From Catajapyx aquilonaris (lineage: Eukaryota): a DNA stretch of 64,000 nucleotides. This document shows positions 11,235 through 26,200 of this stretch, one piece after another. Numbering within the stretch: position 1 is the stretch's first letter; the number at the start of each line of letters is the position of its first letter. The translations under genes were made by a program, and so were the position numbers. The DNA is taken from assembly GCA_000934665.2 (NCBI GenBank), contig KZ538355.1, forward strand, positions 1-64,000, given 5' to 3'. The notes beneath the pieces are model-generated. The model was not told the DNA's origin. It worked only from the letters and a program-made list of their open reading frames with translations, and searched no databases.

Positions 11235-14200
11235 ACACAGACATATTATACAGACACACAAAGCAAAAGTGAGAGCAAAAGCATAAACAAATTCTACAAA
11301 TTATAGTTTATTGTCAGGGCTGAGAGACAAATTTAATGCAAATTTAAAGAGAGGTGCAGATCAATCAGCCGTGACAGTCGAGCACCAGACTCCGAATGCC
11401 TGTTACCCTTCCTTCTGCGTTCTTTTGCCCGCCGTGCCCTCGCCTCAGCCTCAGTCTCTGAGTCAGAGTCCGAACTCGGCAGAACGCCTTCAAGCTCACT
11501 TCGCCTCTTTTTAGCCATCTTCTTGGCTCGCTTTGCAGCTCGTCGAGCCTTCTCTTCACGCTCTTGTTCTTCTCTGCAGCGATGAAAGTTTTCCACCACC
11601 ACTCCAACAAACATGTTGAGCACAAAAAATCCCACCAGTAGAAGAAATGAGATGAAATACAGCAAGCGCCATTCTGAGTAATTTTCAATTGGCTGCAAGA
11701 TAACAAAAGATGGCTATAATATTGTTTGTGCCCTAGTTGTCAGAATGTGTGAATTCAATATACACACTTATTACCTGCTTATCCACAGCAACTGCATCCA
11801 ATCCTGAATACATGATATTCACCCACCCATCTTTGGATGACAGCACAAAGAGAGCCATGAGTGCCTGTCCCAAGTCGTCAAAATTGTACTTTCGGTTTAC
11901 CCACTTGTTAGCTGAATTTTTCACACAATCATCTCTGGTCACCACATTATCAATGAAAGGACCCTCGCAATAGTAAAACATGCCCTTAAACAGCTGCACA
12001 CCCAAGATCCCAAAAATTATAAAGAATGTGCAGCAGATGAGGACAATATTGCCAATGGGTCGCAATGAAGAGAGCAATGTTTGAACCACTAACTTGAGCC
12101 CCGGAGCCCTGTTTATCACACGCAAGGGTCGCAGAGAACGCAACAAGCGAAAAACCCTAAGGATGCCGAAAATGCGAGGGCTACCATCTGAGATGAGTGA
12201 CATGAGGAAATCGATTATTGAAATGGCAACCAGTGCTCCATCCATTATGTTCCATCCAGAAGTAAAATATGCATCTGGGCCATAAAACATTCCCGTTGCT
12301 ATTACCTGCAAAAATAAAATGCATGATTCAATACTAAACTTGAACTTGATTTGAGAGGGATAAGCATCCATGAAATTTCCACATATACTGACGAAAGCAA
12401 TGTGGATGCAGTATAACAGACTATGTAAACAGCAGACAGCATCTCTTGCAGAAAATATTTTCCGAGGAATATTAATCCAGAGTCAAGTTTCACTGTATAT
12501 ATATGGGGACAACAGAAGTAGCCTACAACACGCATACTAATATTTAACTCACTTTCACCAGCATTTCCAAGGCAAACACAGCCGTGAAAACATAGTTGGA
12601 AGCACCAAGAAACATCCGTTCAATCGAGTCTGGAGGAATCCTGGGCCTCTCCATAGCCAGAGTTATACAGTTCAGGCCAATAAAGAGAAGGATCCCATGG
12701 TCAAACCAAGGCCGGTTTACTGTCCAAATGCACAACTGACGTAATCTGTTGGAAAATTCGATTGTATTATTTACTCAATTCAACAATAAAATAAGCAGAC
12801 TCACGAATTTCCTGGATTGAAGAGATATAGAGAATGGTCCTCCCGGTCTTTCAGGCACGCAGGAGGTCGAAGTAGTCTACGCAACAACTTGCGCAGACCC
12901 TTCTCTTCTTCTTTAGGTGTAGTTGATGCTCCTAAAGCTGCTTCCACTGCTAGATTATTTGGCTTGAATGCCACTGAAAGTTCCTTCACTGAGTTTTGGC
13001 GGGATGGTGTGTGAGGGGACGGCAACGAGTTTTGGGGAGTGAGGCTCGGGTGTGAACGTAATGAGTTCTGCCGACTCACTGGATTGTGAATTGTTGTCTG
13101 TGGAGTTGATGCTGCAGCCCAAGGCAGCTGAAAGGTAAAGCAATTTTCTGTTTTTCTCATTCTCTCTCATAAAACATTTTAGATTATACCTGGGCAAAAG
13201 TCAATGCCAACGGGGACCTTGGGGAAGACCCATTGCTCTTAATAGAGTTTTGTGGACTGAGCGTGCGTGGACTGCAGGGCACAGGACGTTTGTTGTTGGG
13301 CGTATTCTGAGTGGCATTTGGAAGAACTCCTGGTACTCCTCCATTACAATGGAGGCGTTCACCAGAATGGCTGAAGAAAAAATTAAATTAGCTGCATAGC
13401 TCAGGGGCAGCATGGTCCGTAGTGCCCTACCTGGACTGGTGGGATCTGGCACTACGGCCATTGTTAAGAACAGCCTCCTCTTCTCCATCTGCATCGGAAC
13501 CTGAGCCATCTCCATCTTTGCTCACACGAAAACTGCTTCGAACACCTCGCCAACTACAGCGACTGCGACGACGAAGAAGACTTGGTGTTGTTCCAGGACT
13601 GCAACAGATTTTAATGCACAGGTATAGCCTATACATGGATATTAACATCCTAAACCTCATGTGCAAGAATTAAATACTGCATTGGTCGAAGGTCTAAAGA
13701 CATACAGGATGGTGGAAAATGTGCCCACCTTTCTCTAAGACAAAATAGCATTTGTTCATTCAGACGCTTCTGGCTCTTTTATGAAAATCATAGCATGTCA
13801 ATTTTGGTATTGTCATACAATGCATGTGAATAATATGGAACATTCTGCAACCTCCCAACTCAACCTCTCAAACATATGCTGTATAGGTCACCTAACATGC
13901 AGGATATTCTAAAGTAGTCATGCAATTATCGCTGTAATGTACATGGAATCGCCCGAATTAATTAGAGAAATTTAGTATTGGAATTTTCCAAAGAGCCGAA
14001 GCCCAAAAGGAAGTGCATCCCTTTCCACTACCTGTATAATTATTCCTTTCAAAGCCTGAATGAAAACAAAAACACAAGAATACCTTGGACCGGGGCTAAG
14101 ACTGTCTCTTCTGGATGCTGCCCGCAAAGATAATAGTGGTACATCTGGATTGAGACTCTCTCTTCGTGGCATGCGTGATGACTTACTGCTCTGTGTGCGC

Positions 14201-17200
14201 TGAAGTGAAGGTCCACTTCCCTGTGATGACTAAAAAATTTATACTCTTTCAAAAGAGGTACACTAATACATTGAATAAGAGAACATCAACCCATGCGAGA
14301 GAAAAAAAAGTCAGTTAATTTTCCTGAATTGCAAATGTTGGATGTTTAAAATTGTCACCCATCTGGCCTCCTCATTCAGCTCAATTAAACTACTCATCCA
14401 GCTACAGTAGTCGAATGGAGCTAGACAATAAACCATTGACTTTATTGAAAATTTCAGATGTGGCTCTCACAAGTAGGCTATATAATATACATTACAGGGT
14501 GTTTCTTACTCGTATGTCGTCTGGCCGGCAGCGTACTCGTTGGCTCAAAATAAGTCAAAATGTGTGGGGGAGGAATGTTGAGGGGCCAACAACTAAAGAG
14601 GATTACCAGACTTATTGGCCTGCCCCCTCAACACATGGGGCAACACACGACATCTTTTTGTAGGGAGATCACCTGACAGTTGGGCATGTGAATGCCTATA
14701 GGAAGCAGGATATCAGAGTCGTTATCATAACTGCGAATAATATGACCTCACAAAATCCCATCAGAAATAATAATTAGCATGCTCATATCCCTCTACCTAG
14801 GCAACTACTGCAGATGCCTGGGTCCATCTGTCAAGTGATCTCCCTATAAAAAGGTGTTGCCACACGTGTCATGGGGCAGGCTCATGTGTGCGGTCGGCTA
14901 CTTCCTTAAGGATTGGTCTCTCGTCATTTTTTACTTGTTTCGGCAGTGATAAATCAAGCAATAAACTTCACTTCACCAATCCCTCCTATAGTTTGTTCAG
15001 CATTCATGACGTCACTCTGTCTAACAATGAATGACTCGCAGGTTGCCTGGCAACTCATTCCTTGTCATTCATTGTTAGAGACAGCGACGTCATGGCATTC
15101 TTTCGCTGAACAAACTATATAGAAACATATTTTTGGACCAGTAATAAACACAGGTGAAACTGATATAAGTATAGGCTACAGCTCTAACTTTTAGTCAGAT
15201 TTTGGAAAACATACCACCTTATAATTTCTGCTGACATCCTATTTACATATCAGAAACAATCAACTGGTACAGTTTTCCAAATAATCGTCTGCTAATCAAT
15301 GAAAAACATTTCACTAAAACAAAGGTTATGATGATCTATCGGATATTAACTCACAGTTGACTTATCGATGGAGTCAATAGATGAGCCACAGCTGGCATAT
15401 AGGGCCATGGATGGTGTCAGGCGAGTTCCCCATTCTCTCAGTGGTGTGTCCAATGTAGCATGAGGTGAGCCCTGTGGTGTGGCAGCTGTGTGAGTAATTA
15501 TAGGTGGCAAGCAGAGGGGCAGTTCCCCGCCTACTTTGCTTTCTCCCTTGATAGCCACAACTAATGATGGCTGCTGCAGCATCTTTGTTTCTGTCAATGG
15601 TACATCTTGGTTAGAAAATCTAGATGGCATAGCCCTTTAGAGCCAGCTGATCAGCATAGGTGATTGCCCTACCGACTTCACCTTTCTCAATGTTGCACTT
15701 AGGTTCTCCCTCATCATCATAACCATACGTGAGGCGAGTGGGCTGTGGAGTCCAACCACTTTTCCCACATTCCTTGGCTCCATTGGCATTCGACTTTCCT
15801 CCTCCCCCACCACCCTCTGTGTCTTGGGCTGCCCGTTTGCACTCCTCCTGTTGAAAATCAAGGAATGTCAATCTTTCAGAAAATAAATGGACATTTTATA
15901 TTGGAAACCACGCTTTGAGTGATAGTTTCAAGCTGTGCTTGTGAAATCTGATTTTCATTGCACTACAATTCATTGGATTCAGATATATGAGTTATTATGA
16001 ATAGCTACTATCTTTATAAAGTAACCATTCGCCTTACATTGAACAACAAACAATGTGATAAGATTCCAAGCACCTTTCAGCGAATAGTTTTAAATCATGA
16101 TTGCCAAAGGAGTAAACACTGAATAACCTGATTATAAAATACTCATTAACACTGACAGATTAAATTTTATGACCGCATAATGTTGAACTTGGTTTCTAAC
16201 AAACCTTGTGCACACTGAACAGGCCAGAATGTCACTCTTGAAATATTGACAACATCCACTAGCCTACTATTTCTAAGACTGCTGCTACAATAATAACAGT
16301 ACATTCACTGAGCACTACCCACAGCTCAAGGATGGGCAAATTACAGCTTCTCAAAAATAATGAGTGATCAAATTGAAAAATGTTACATATCCATAACAAT
16401 AATTAAATGATAATGTTTTAGAATGCTAATTAATAGTTTGTCCACCCCTGTCGAGCAGCACATCTCTTGCAATATCCAGCAAATAATCAATTCTACTGCA
16501 TGGTCTGAACTACTACCAAGCAATGGAACAGGATGGGTTGATGCTGGGCCACAACAATACACAGCTTCTCCATGACACTGCTCCATAACTCCATCAAAAT
16601 ATTGTTATCTAGTGTGGGGTCACTTTTCACCCATAAGCACATGATTCAAGTGCACTAATTCAATGAAACATCAATGACATTAACAACAACAGTGGCACCA
16701 AAAGTGCTAAGTGACAGAAGAGTTCTGCAGTTCAACCAGCAGTTCTAAACAATCGGAGATGAGCAAATTATCATACAAGCATACTGTGCACATCTTAGGT
16801 GATGCGTTGCAAGGTCTTGAGAAGTGATAACTTCCTTGTCATCATATAGTGTTTATAACGAAGACTTGGAAGATGGTTTCTTAGTTTCATAAGCTATAAT
16901 TCAATGCCTTAGAAAAATCTTAAAACAGGACTAAATGAGCTCTTCCAGGATCATTAAATCCACCTGCCAAAATTTTCCGTGGAGACTCATAAGCGAATCA
17001 AAATAATGTTGATTGTTAGTTTTTCAATATGGCAAATTGAACACGGCTGTTGTGCAGGTTTATAAATTCATTGGAATGTGCCTTGCAAAGTTGTAAATGA
17101 CCCAATAAATTAGAGGCTTTCTGCCTGCTGTTATGATATATGCCATCTCAGTGCAATGATGCTGAATATATCTTAAAGATTCAGCATAACTTGTGCAAGG

Positions 17201-20200
17201 ATGAACATGGCCATCACTGCAGGGTTCTAATCCGCATGTTCGTCAGATGTAAACTAAGCTTCAAATAGCACATCAACTATTTCCATAATTATTTTCTACA
17301 AACATTATATATTTTATAAAGTTACTGTATATAAAATGCAAATCACAACAATGCAGTTGACCTTTTTGTGCATATGCTTAGGTCCTTTGAAAACCTCAAG
17401 TCATGTGAAAATTGAGGTGTGAGTGAAAATAATGTCACAAAAACTCCAGGAGAGCAGTGTGTCTGAAATGCTGTGAAGGGACAATCAACACATACAACAT
17501 CCACTCAACAATGAAGAAGAACATCTCATAATCGTGCTTGGAAAACTCTCAGGAAAGTCCATTTGTGAAAACAACTGACAGCCAAGTAGTCACACCATTC
17601 AAACACGACAAGAGAATGAGTGTAGCAGGGAGAAGGGAAGCAGAGACAGTCATTGTGAACTTCATCAAGATTGGCATCAATGGGGCGCGTACAGGGTCTG
17701 CTACCTCGCTGGAGAATGCGGGTTCTGAATCAGAGGCAGAATCTGGAGCTTCTGTTGCATGATCCTGTAGTAGGTTTTCTGCAGCCATCAATGCTTCCAG
17801 TTTGGCCTGTTCACGCTGCCTTTTGGCCAGCTCTCGTTGTTCTCTTTCCACTCTCTCGTTTCGCTAGAATCGAAAGAGTTGCATGTGGTACGAAAAGGAA
17901 TTGGACAGGAATAGGGCCTTGGACAGGATATGACGAACTGGACCTGTCAATGATGTGCCAAGTACCCGTACTGACTGCTCCTATTCGCTGGTACCCAAAC
18001 ACAAAATAGCTTCGTAATGTCTGCTTAAAATGTCCACAAAAATTGATGTTACATAAAAGTATTTTTAAAAAAACTGTTACGAGACACAAATGGAAAATAT
18101 GACTCTGCAAAACTATTGAAATAATATCTAATATTTCATCTCAATGACCTCTGCACATATATTCAAACTGACATTTTCCATTCATGTCACAAATCAGTTG
18201 CAGTGTAACCCACTAAAATCCGATGCCACCACTGATGTGACACTGTAAACTCACCTCAGCTGAAAATCCTTCAACCAGGATTGCAACCAAAAGGTTGAAG
18301 AGGACGTAGTTTCCAAATGTCATAAGAGCAACAAAGTATAATGCTGCCCAGTGACTTGTCTTCATTCCATTGAAAAGTACAACATTCCAATCCTCTTGAG
18401 TCAAAATCTGGAAGAAAAAATTGGGCTGTATCACATTTCACAATGACCAAGAGTGCAGTATTAGCAAAATAATACAGCAATGATGATAATGATGCAAAGG
18501 CCTGAGGAAGAGCGAACATTCTAAAAAAAAGTTCATTGCATATTTGGGAAAAAATTCCAAGTTAAATGACTTCAGCATTAATGGAATTAGTGATATTACT
18601 AGTCTTATTATTATCTCAGGGGTGCTGACAATATTCATGCATTAGAATCTCGAAATTACCAGCATATGGCATGTTGCAAACTTTCAGTTTTGAATATTCT
18701 AAATAAGAAACATGTGCCAATTCGATATTATTCTTTTCCATAACAGCACTAATGGTAAGTCCATTTGGTTGAAGAATAATTAAAAGTAAATAATTATTAT
18801 GTATTTCTGGTGCGGTACAGTTTACAATCTACTTTATTTAAGGAAATATATGGCCAGACCCAGAATGGAAAATACAACTTCATTCTGATACAGATTATTA
18901 ATTCATAATATTATATTACTATAATAATTTGTATAATATTTCAGTTATCATCAGTGATAACTTGCTTTCTATTGTGATGCAACCGTCTTAAAATTATGTT
19001 AGCATGACATTATTCAAATATGGTAACTTTGACTTTAGTTCAGTAATTAGTTTTTCCCAGGTGACTTTTACAAGCCAAAAATATGATTACATGATTTGGG
19101 TCTCCCATACAACTTACTGTCAAATTCAAGATGTCATTTTCCCTTCCGCAGTGAATGCATGGAACATTCATATGGGCAACAAATTCGCAAACCAGCAAAT
19201 TCATGGAATCTGAAGGGAGTATTTTCCTTACTGGCAACAAGAAACCATACCTCACGCTCGAGGAAAACTTACTGAGCTCTACTCTACCAAAAAAAATTGC
19301 TAAATAAAAGTCAAGTTGCAAACCCTTCTTGAGCCACAAAATGGAAGAAAAGTCTGAAGCTGACACCCAGGGTACAACAGGACTAGCTCTGCAACTCTTA
19401 CCTGAAATACGGTGACGGTGGCCCAAAGGAAGTTATTGAAGTGCTTTCGGTCACAGATGCACCGGGGATCTCGGCTGACGATCATCGCGCAGGGGCAATT
19501 TCTGCCGTCAGCAAGCATGCAAAACTTACCCCCAAACAGGTACATGCCTAGCACACTGCAACGAACCAAGCCAGCATGGCACCAATGTTGTAGGCACGCA
19601 CTTTCCACACCCACTACACAAGTGCTAGGCCTACTGCTAACAGGGTGATCATGTTGATTACAATTCATTACTCTCAATACTGAACAAGTGTGTGTGGAAA
19701 CATGCCTGTTTTGTCAATACTAATAAGGCGGGAAATGCGTGCTGCTCAAAGACATGGCACTAATATAGCCTAATATCTGGTGCTGCTTGCTTTGCAGCCA
19801 TATTTCAAGACACCTGGAGGTATTTCTGTAGCTGCAGGTTAGGCCGGAATAAATTCTTTTTACAAATTCTTGTTTGACTTTGTCCCTGCACTGCAGCAAA
19901 GTACACCTTGTAGGAGGTTCATTATAAATAACACCCAAATGTTACATTATGGATTTCCTTGCAATAGTAGGCAGTTGATAAAAGCACTTGAAATGTAGGC
20001 CTACTGTAGCATTCCCAGTCTATATGAGAGTTACAGGAGTTACTGAATTAACGTCTCACATTAGATCTGACCAGACATTTTACTAATGGCATGCAGTAGT
20101 CCTATACTGAATGATTTTAATGCAGGTCCAAGACATGCAGCAAATATTACTGTATATTGCAGTACCAGTCGCCAAAATCCCAGGTAAAACTAGCGTTCAA

Positions 20201-23200
20201 TATACTTCCATGTTAGGGAAGGGTGAGGTCATGACCTTGATCATAATGGACTAATAGGATCAAGTGTGTAACAGACTTGTAAGATGGTGAAATATTAAAT
20301 AATTACAATAAACACTGAGGCTTGGTTCAATTAGTGCCTTTAGAATGCAATCTTCAGAATTGCCATGTTTGCAGTTATCATTTGCAGTATTGCTTGTCAG
20401 TATACTAATATGCTATAGACAAGCCCAGAAACAAAGACAAAATAATGGCTACGAGTTAATGCCTCGGGCACGAAACCCGGTTGTGTGAAAGCAAATGCAA
20501 TACAGCACAGTGTACATTAAATTTCTGAAAAGGGACTACTTTTTGGTTTATAAATCGGTAACAAGTGATTCTTGAATCAGAGAAATTTCGTTTTTCTTTT
20601 GGGCAGCAAAAAAAATGTCGTACGACGTAAATACGTCGTAATGAGAATGGCATGCCAAAGTATAAAGTTCTAATTTTTTTAATGCACTCAAGGTCATCCC
20701 GATGAGGTGGTTTATCGTCCTAACCAGGGTTTATAGTGTATTCATCTTCTAAAGATTTACTTTGTGTATCGTGCAACACCTGCTTCAGCACCTCATCTGC
20801 ATTGCTACCATATTCATCCTCCGTTGTCAGGATGCTGTTGTAATACAATTGACAATGTCACTTGAAGACATGAAGACATGCTTCACCAATTGTATGTATG
20901 CAGAGCTCAGCATGGCTCAGGTTTTAGAAAAAATATGGGAATACATGTAGAGTAAATGTGAAAATTGTACTGCACGTGTTCAACTGAAGAGGTGAAAAAG
21001 TGTCCAACTTCCAAGATAGGCAGGTGTCCAACTTAGCAATATTGTAAGGGATAATCTTTTCCAACCGTTCCAAAAATAATGTCCAACATAGGGAGGTGTC
21101 CAACTTGACAGATTTCACTGTAATAATTTTCATTCATACAACTGTCCCTAAGTCACCCTAGTTGACATCTCAAACAATTAAGAGTTCTAAAGTAGGCATA
21201 TCACTTCCCAGTTGCATCAGTAAAAACATTTCCGATTATAAATGGTGAAAACACGCATATAATCACAGACTTTTCCTAACTTGTGTTGATATAACTGGTC
21301 TTAAATCCATGCCAAAAAAATCTGCTACCTGCATGTACCAATTTTCTTTACACAAACACTGAAACAGCATGCATACATAGTAGGCCTCATTGTAATTGGC
21401 ACTCATTTTCATTTCAATATGGATATGGCCAACTTGATGCTAACTGCAATACCCAATAGAATATTCCATAATAATAGAATTACTGATAATAATGCTTAAT
21501 AACTCAAAGCAAACATCCATCTCGCATCCATCCCACCAGCATCCCACCCACCTTTCTTCTTACACCAATGAATTTGTCTGCAGTATGTTATCAATATGGT
21601 AAAGCTGTAGAAGTAGCTGGAGTAGCATGGATGGGAGACGTGACATATTTTGGACCTACATATCTGATATGGCGCAAAGTTAGACTATGTTCCTTAGATT
21701 ACAACAAAAGAAGAGGCTTAATAAGGGCAGGCTTGCCATCCACTTCTGAACGGTATGATTACATCTCATTTATGATAATACCTGGCACATGCTGGTTGCA
21801 GAGAGTGGTTTTGTCCTGTCAATATAATTATGGTTGTCTAAGTAGAAAGTCAAATTCCTATTCATAATATTATTATCACACTATAAGTAATAAAATTATT
21901 ATTAATTTAAAAATATGCCATGAAACCGAAATGAATAACATACTGTCTAATTGCATTAGAGGTAAACGCAAAGTACCTTACATGCCAATATTTTCACCAA
22001 GGCTGTTGAATAAGTCATGATTCAGTAGAATGTATTGAAATATGAAACACTGTGCCTGAAGGTAACAGGTAATGATAATGTGGCAGTTACCAATATGGAG
22101 GTGCATGGTTTATTTGAGAAATTTTTCAGATATTCACAGTCAAATATTTATAAATATCAATGCGGAAGTATATCTTAAATATTGCAGTTATTCCTTTAGT
22201 GAAACAAAGCTGCAAATAGGCACAAACTGAACCAGACCACTCGGGGCACAATCTTCCTGTGTAAAGTGTTAAACAACCTGAGTGGGCAACTTTCGTTTAT
22301 GTTGTGAGCAGTCCGGAATAAAGTACAGCGGGAGGAGAGAAAAATTACCTATGATTATGTTCATAAAATATTTCAGTCAAATTAATGACATCATCAATAT
22401 TCCAATTCATGCTGCGACCTATTTGTTCCCATTTGTTGATGACCCATGTTAGATATCAAAATAAATTAGAGCCTGCCAGAACTATTACTAGGATTGGATT
22501 TTCACTCTCAATAGCACCTTCAAGCGACACTGTACTTATCCATGATGTCAACAGTACTATCACCTGCTCTCTAAGCAAGACAGCTCTTACGGAAATATTT
22601 TTCAAGTATACCACGTAGGCTACAACAATACATCAGCAGTGAACCTTCCACAAGGTGTTTACATATTTTGATGACCAATCTCTTAAAGCCTTGTTACTGC
22701 ACATTAGTTCAAGTGAACTAGGAATTTTCTCCTCATACGCAACCTCTATTTAATTACATCATCTTTATCAACTTAAATATACCGGTACTAGGCAATACAT
22801 ACCATAAAAATATCAATACTGGATGTGGCAAAAACCAGGCTCTCTTTATACAGTATTTAAATGCAATAATGTAATTTTTTTAAGTTCGTGTGGCAAGTAT
22901 CGAATCCAGAAAAATAAATCTGTCCATATTTTACCACAAAACCTTTCTTATTAATTGCTGGTTAATTTTGTGTCAATACTAATAATTAATGACATGTAAT
23001 ATCCAGCTCAACTTGTTTCATATAGTTCGATGCTCTCTGATGCCATGAGAGTCAGCAAAAATTCGTAAAATTATTCATGATGATCTCATCATTATAGCAT
23101 TACATTTGCGTCACATTGCATTAGTCACAAAACCATCATTGGCGTTAATGGTTTCTTCCCCAAGCATTGGAGTATGCAATTTTTACAGTCACTGCCAAAG

Positions 23201-26200
23201 GATCTCTTCCATGATGTATTTTGTAGTGTACCATGATCATTTCTGTCGGTCGTTGTTCCTAATAATATGATGCGAAAAAATGAAACGCATTTAAAAAATA
23301 TTCTCTCAGTAGTCAAAACCTGGACTCGAAAACTGCGAATTAGCAATTTTTGAGTGTTAAATGCCCACAGAAACAGTTAGGAAATTGGAAGTCCTTCAAT
23401 ATAAATTTTCATGGCAGTTGCAGATGACGTGCAATTTTTTGAGTTTCACATTTTTTACGAACAATAATTTTTATAAAATTAAAAATGCTCGCGAGCACTC
23501 TTCCTGTTGCGATATCTTACCATCCAAGAAGAGATCCTTTGTACCAGGCCTTCAAAAAATTCACTGGCTATCCCCACAGCTGCTAAAATAATTCTATGCA
23601 TTGGTCTTTGACAAATATTCCTTCATTGGCTAAACTGAATGGGGTGAACAATTGTGACTGTAATGCTTCCATGATCTGGGAATGTGGTTTAAAGTTTTCC
23701 TGGCACACAGGACAAAGAGCAAAGCAATGAACCTATGCATAGAAAACATTAAGAAAAATATAATCACAGTTTTAATGGAAATAAATGGTCAGATTATACT
23801 GTATAAGGTGACCAGAGAGTCCCATTCCACATGACAGACCGTCTACAAGTGTGCTATAAGTTGCTTAAATAATCTTGTAATACTGATTCTGCAATACCGT
23901 ATTTTGCTGGAACTGAGTTAGGCATTGTGCAATATAATCCCTGACGAGTACTTTTTGGTGGTCAAGTCTGTTTTCCAATAGAGAAATTACAACCTCCTGG
24001 AGAAATTAATCAAAAAGAAATAATTCATCTCCTTGGGAGTAATTGAATTTTCCAGTCTTTAAACCCTCACATCTTGAAATCAACCAAATCTTATGACTCT
24101 GATAGTTATGTATTTCAGGTACGTAAATTTATCCTGCTCATAGAGACCAGAATTGAACCAGAGAGACACATCATAACAAACTTGTAATGGCATGTTAAGT
24201 ACACTCGTGTAAAAACACGGGTAAGCCATTTTAAATTAAGCAAAATACACAATTGTATGTTTAGATAAGCTTATGAGGAGATGTCAAAATATTGATGGAT
24301 TATATTCCAAATCTTGAGTATTTGGTGGTTCCTTAAGTCCTGAAATTTTTGTTCCACATTCTCTGCAAATTTGTACAGTCACTAGTTTTTAAAAGCATTC
24401 ATATTAAATGCATACCACCAGTATTGCGCATTCCCCGCCAAGGGACATGAATATTTTGGTGAGTCACACTCGGGAAAGTGTACGTGCACTTGTGAACACA
24501 TCTTTGACTTTGTTTCCAGCACTGGGTGTAATACCATAATATAATTATTAGCTCTAGGCCTAACACATGTGTACAGGTACAACACTGTATGAATAGAGCC
24601 AGTTTCAATGTCACAATGACACATCTCAGGTGCATTTCAAAAAAAAAGTAATACCAAAATTAGAGAAAAACTATGGCAGCAAGAAATTCTTTTCAAGACT
24701 TGTGTCCACATTCGGTTGATGCATAAAATGATTATATTTTAAACTATTAAAATAATCTCGTATATTATCCTGCAACAATTCACAGGTAGATCACTTTTCT
24801 CTTCACATGTGCAGCTCAAACCACAGCTACAAGGTGTGTCAAATGGAAATTAGAATTTGGTTGCCAAAATGTACACGATGTGGTTATAAATGCTACTGCC
24901 CATCCTGGATAATTTGGCGTTCTAGTAGTTCTCCATGGTCCATGGAAATCGATGTGCAGCAGCAGGGGCAATAAGGCCATCTCAGCAACTGGGATGTTCC
25001 AGCAATGCCTTTCCTGCCTACAGAGGAATTCCCGCCAACAAAAATTCACGAACAACTGTATATCACAGCCACAAAATAATGTACAAGTACAAAATGGGCA
25101 GGTGCACACCACAAAGGATCAAATACCACTGCAAGGCTGAACCCCAATCAAGACAGTCTCCCTTCTCATCGCAGAACAAAATTAATGCATCTGCAAACTG
25201 CAATAAACAACTTACCGTCTTTGCCCACTTGTACAGTGTTGGTCATATATCGAGACAACCACCAGCGACATTTTCCGAAGCGACAGAAGAAGGAATCTTG
25301 CTCGCCCATGCTTGAAGTATGTTTATCTTCGATTCCTTCTTTTGCCGCTTCGGAAAATGTCCCTGGCGGTTGCCTCTACATATGACCAACACTGTACAGT
25401 ACATTATATTTGGTCCGTGAGAACCTTTTCTCTTCACTTCTATCAGTGAATTTCCCTCAGTGAAACCTCCTTTGCAGCCAGAAAATTGATAACATTGCAC
25501 TAGAGAGCTAAGACTTCACTGCCTTTGCTTCTGCACCTCACTCTCCATGCACACAAGACCACCAACACATTCAGTTATCCAGTAAGGGCAGTGGACCTTA
25601 TTCCTCCACTTCCAACCATGGTTATATTTTGGCAACAAAATTCTAATTTTCATTACTTATTAAGTTGAACATTATAAAAATATACAAATATTTGTATGCA
25701 TGTTGCGTAAAAATAATTTACTTACTGACAACCTACATTCCCCTTGCAGTTACAGGCAACCCCTCAAATAATATTTTAGGGCTTTCTGTGGTACCACTGG
25801 AATTAAATAAACTGCACTATACCTTCTCTGGCACAACTCCGTGGTTGACTGATCTCCCTCCCCCCTACTCCCCTGCCCCTGCCATCCTCCAATATTCCTT
25901 TCCGATTTATGAACTGCATCCGAATTCTATTCTGGAAAAGTGACACTTTGGGCATTTCCCCACTTCTATCCAATTTATTATTCTATTTTATAGAAATGTG
26001 GCTGTGTGGATTATTGGGAAAAATTCTTCAAACACCCTTAGTGGCCAAAACGGTTATTACTTTTAGAATGTAGTATATCGTTGCCTCCTCCTATGGGGCT
26101 GTAGCTTACTATTCACTGGGAAAACCATTTTAACGTACGCAATTATTGTGACCTACCTCTACCTCAGTGTTATTAAATCCCTGAACACAGAAAGACCAAG

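Noticed and set aside
15618..15630. Programmed +1 frameshift at TAG-A decoded by the intronic CCUA-loop tRNA
   Set aside because: The codon is UAGA rather than UAGG, the tRNA lacks U33, and an ordinary GT-AG intron explains the frame change.
20621..20640. Palindrome TACGACGTA-AA-TACGTCGTA as a piggyBac subterminal motif
   Set aside because: No matching TTAA-flanked TIR pair could be identified.
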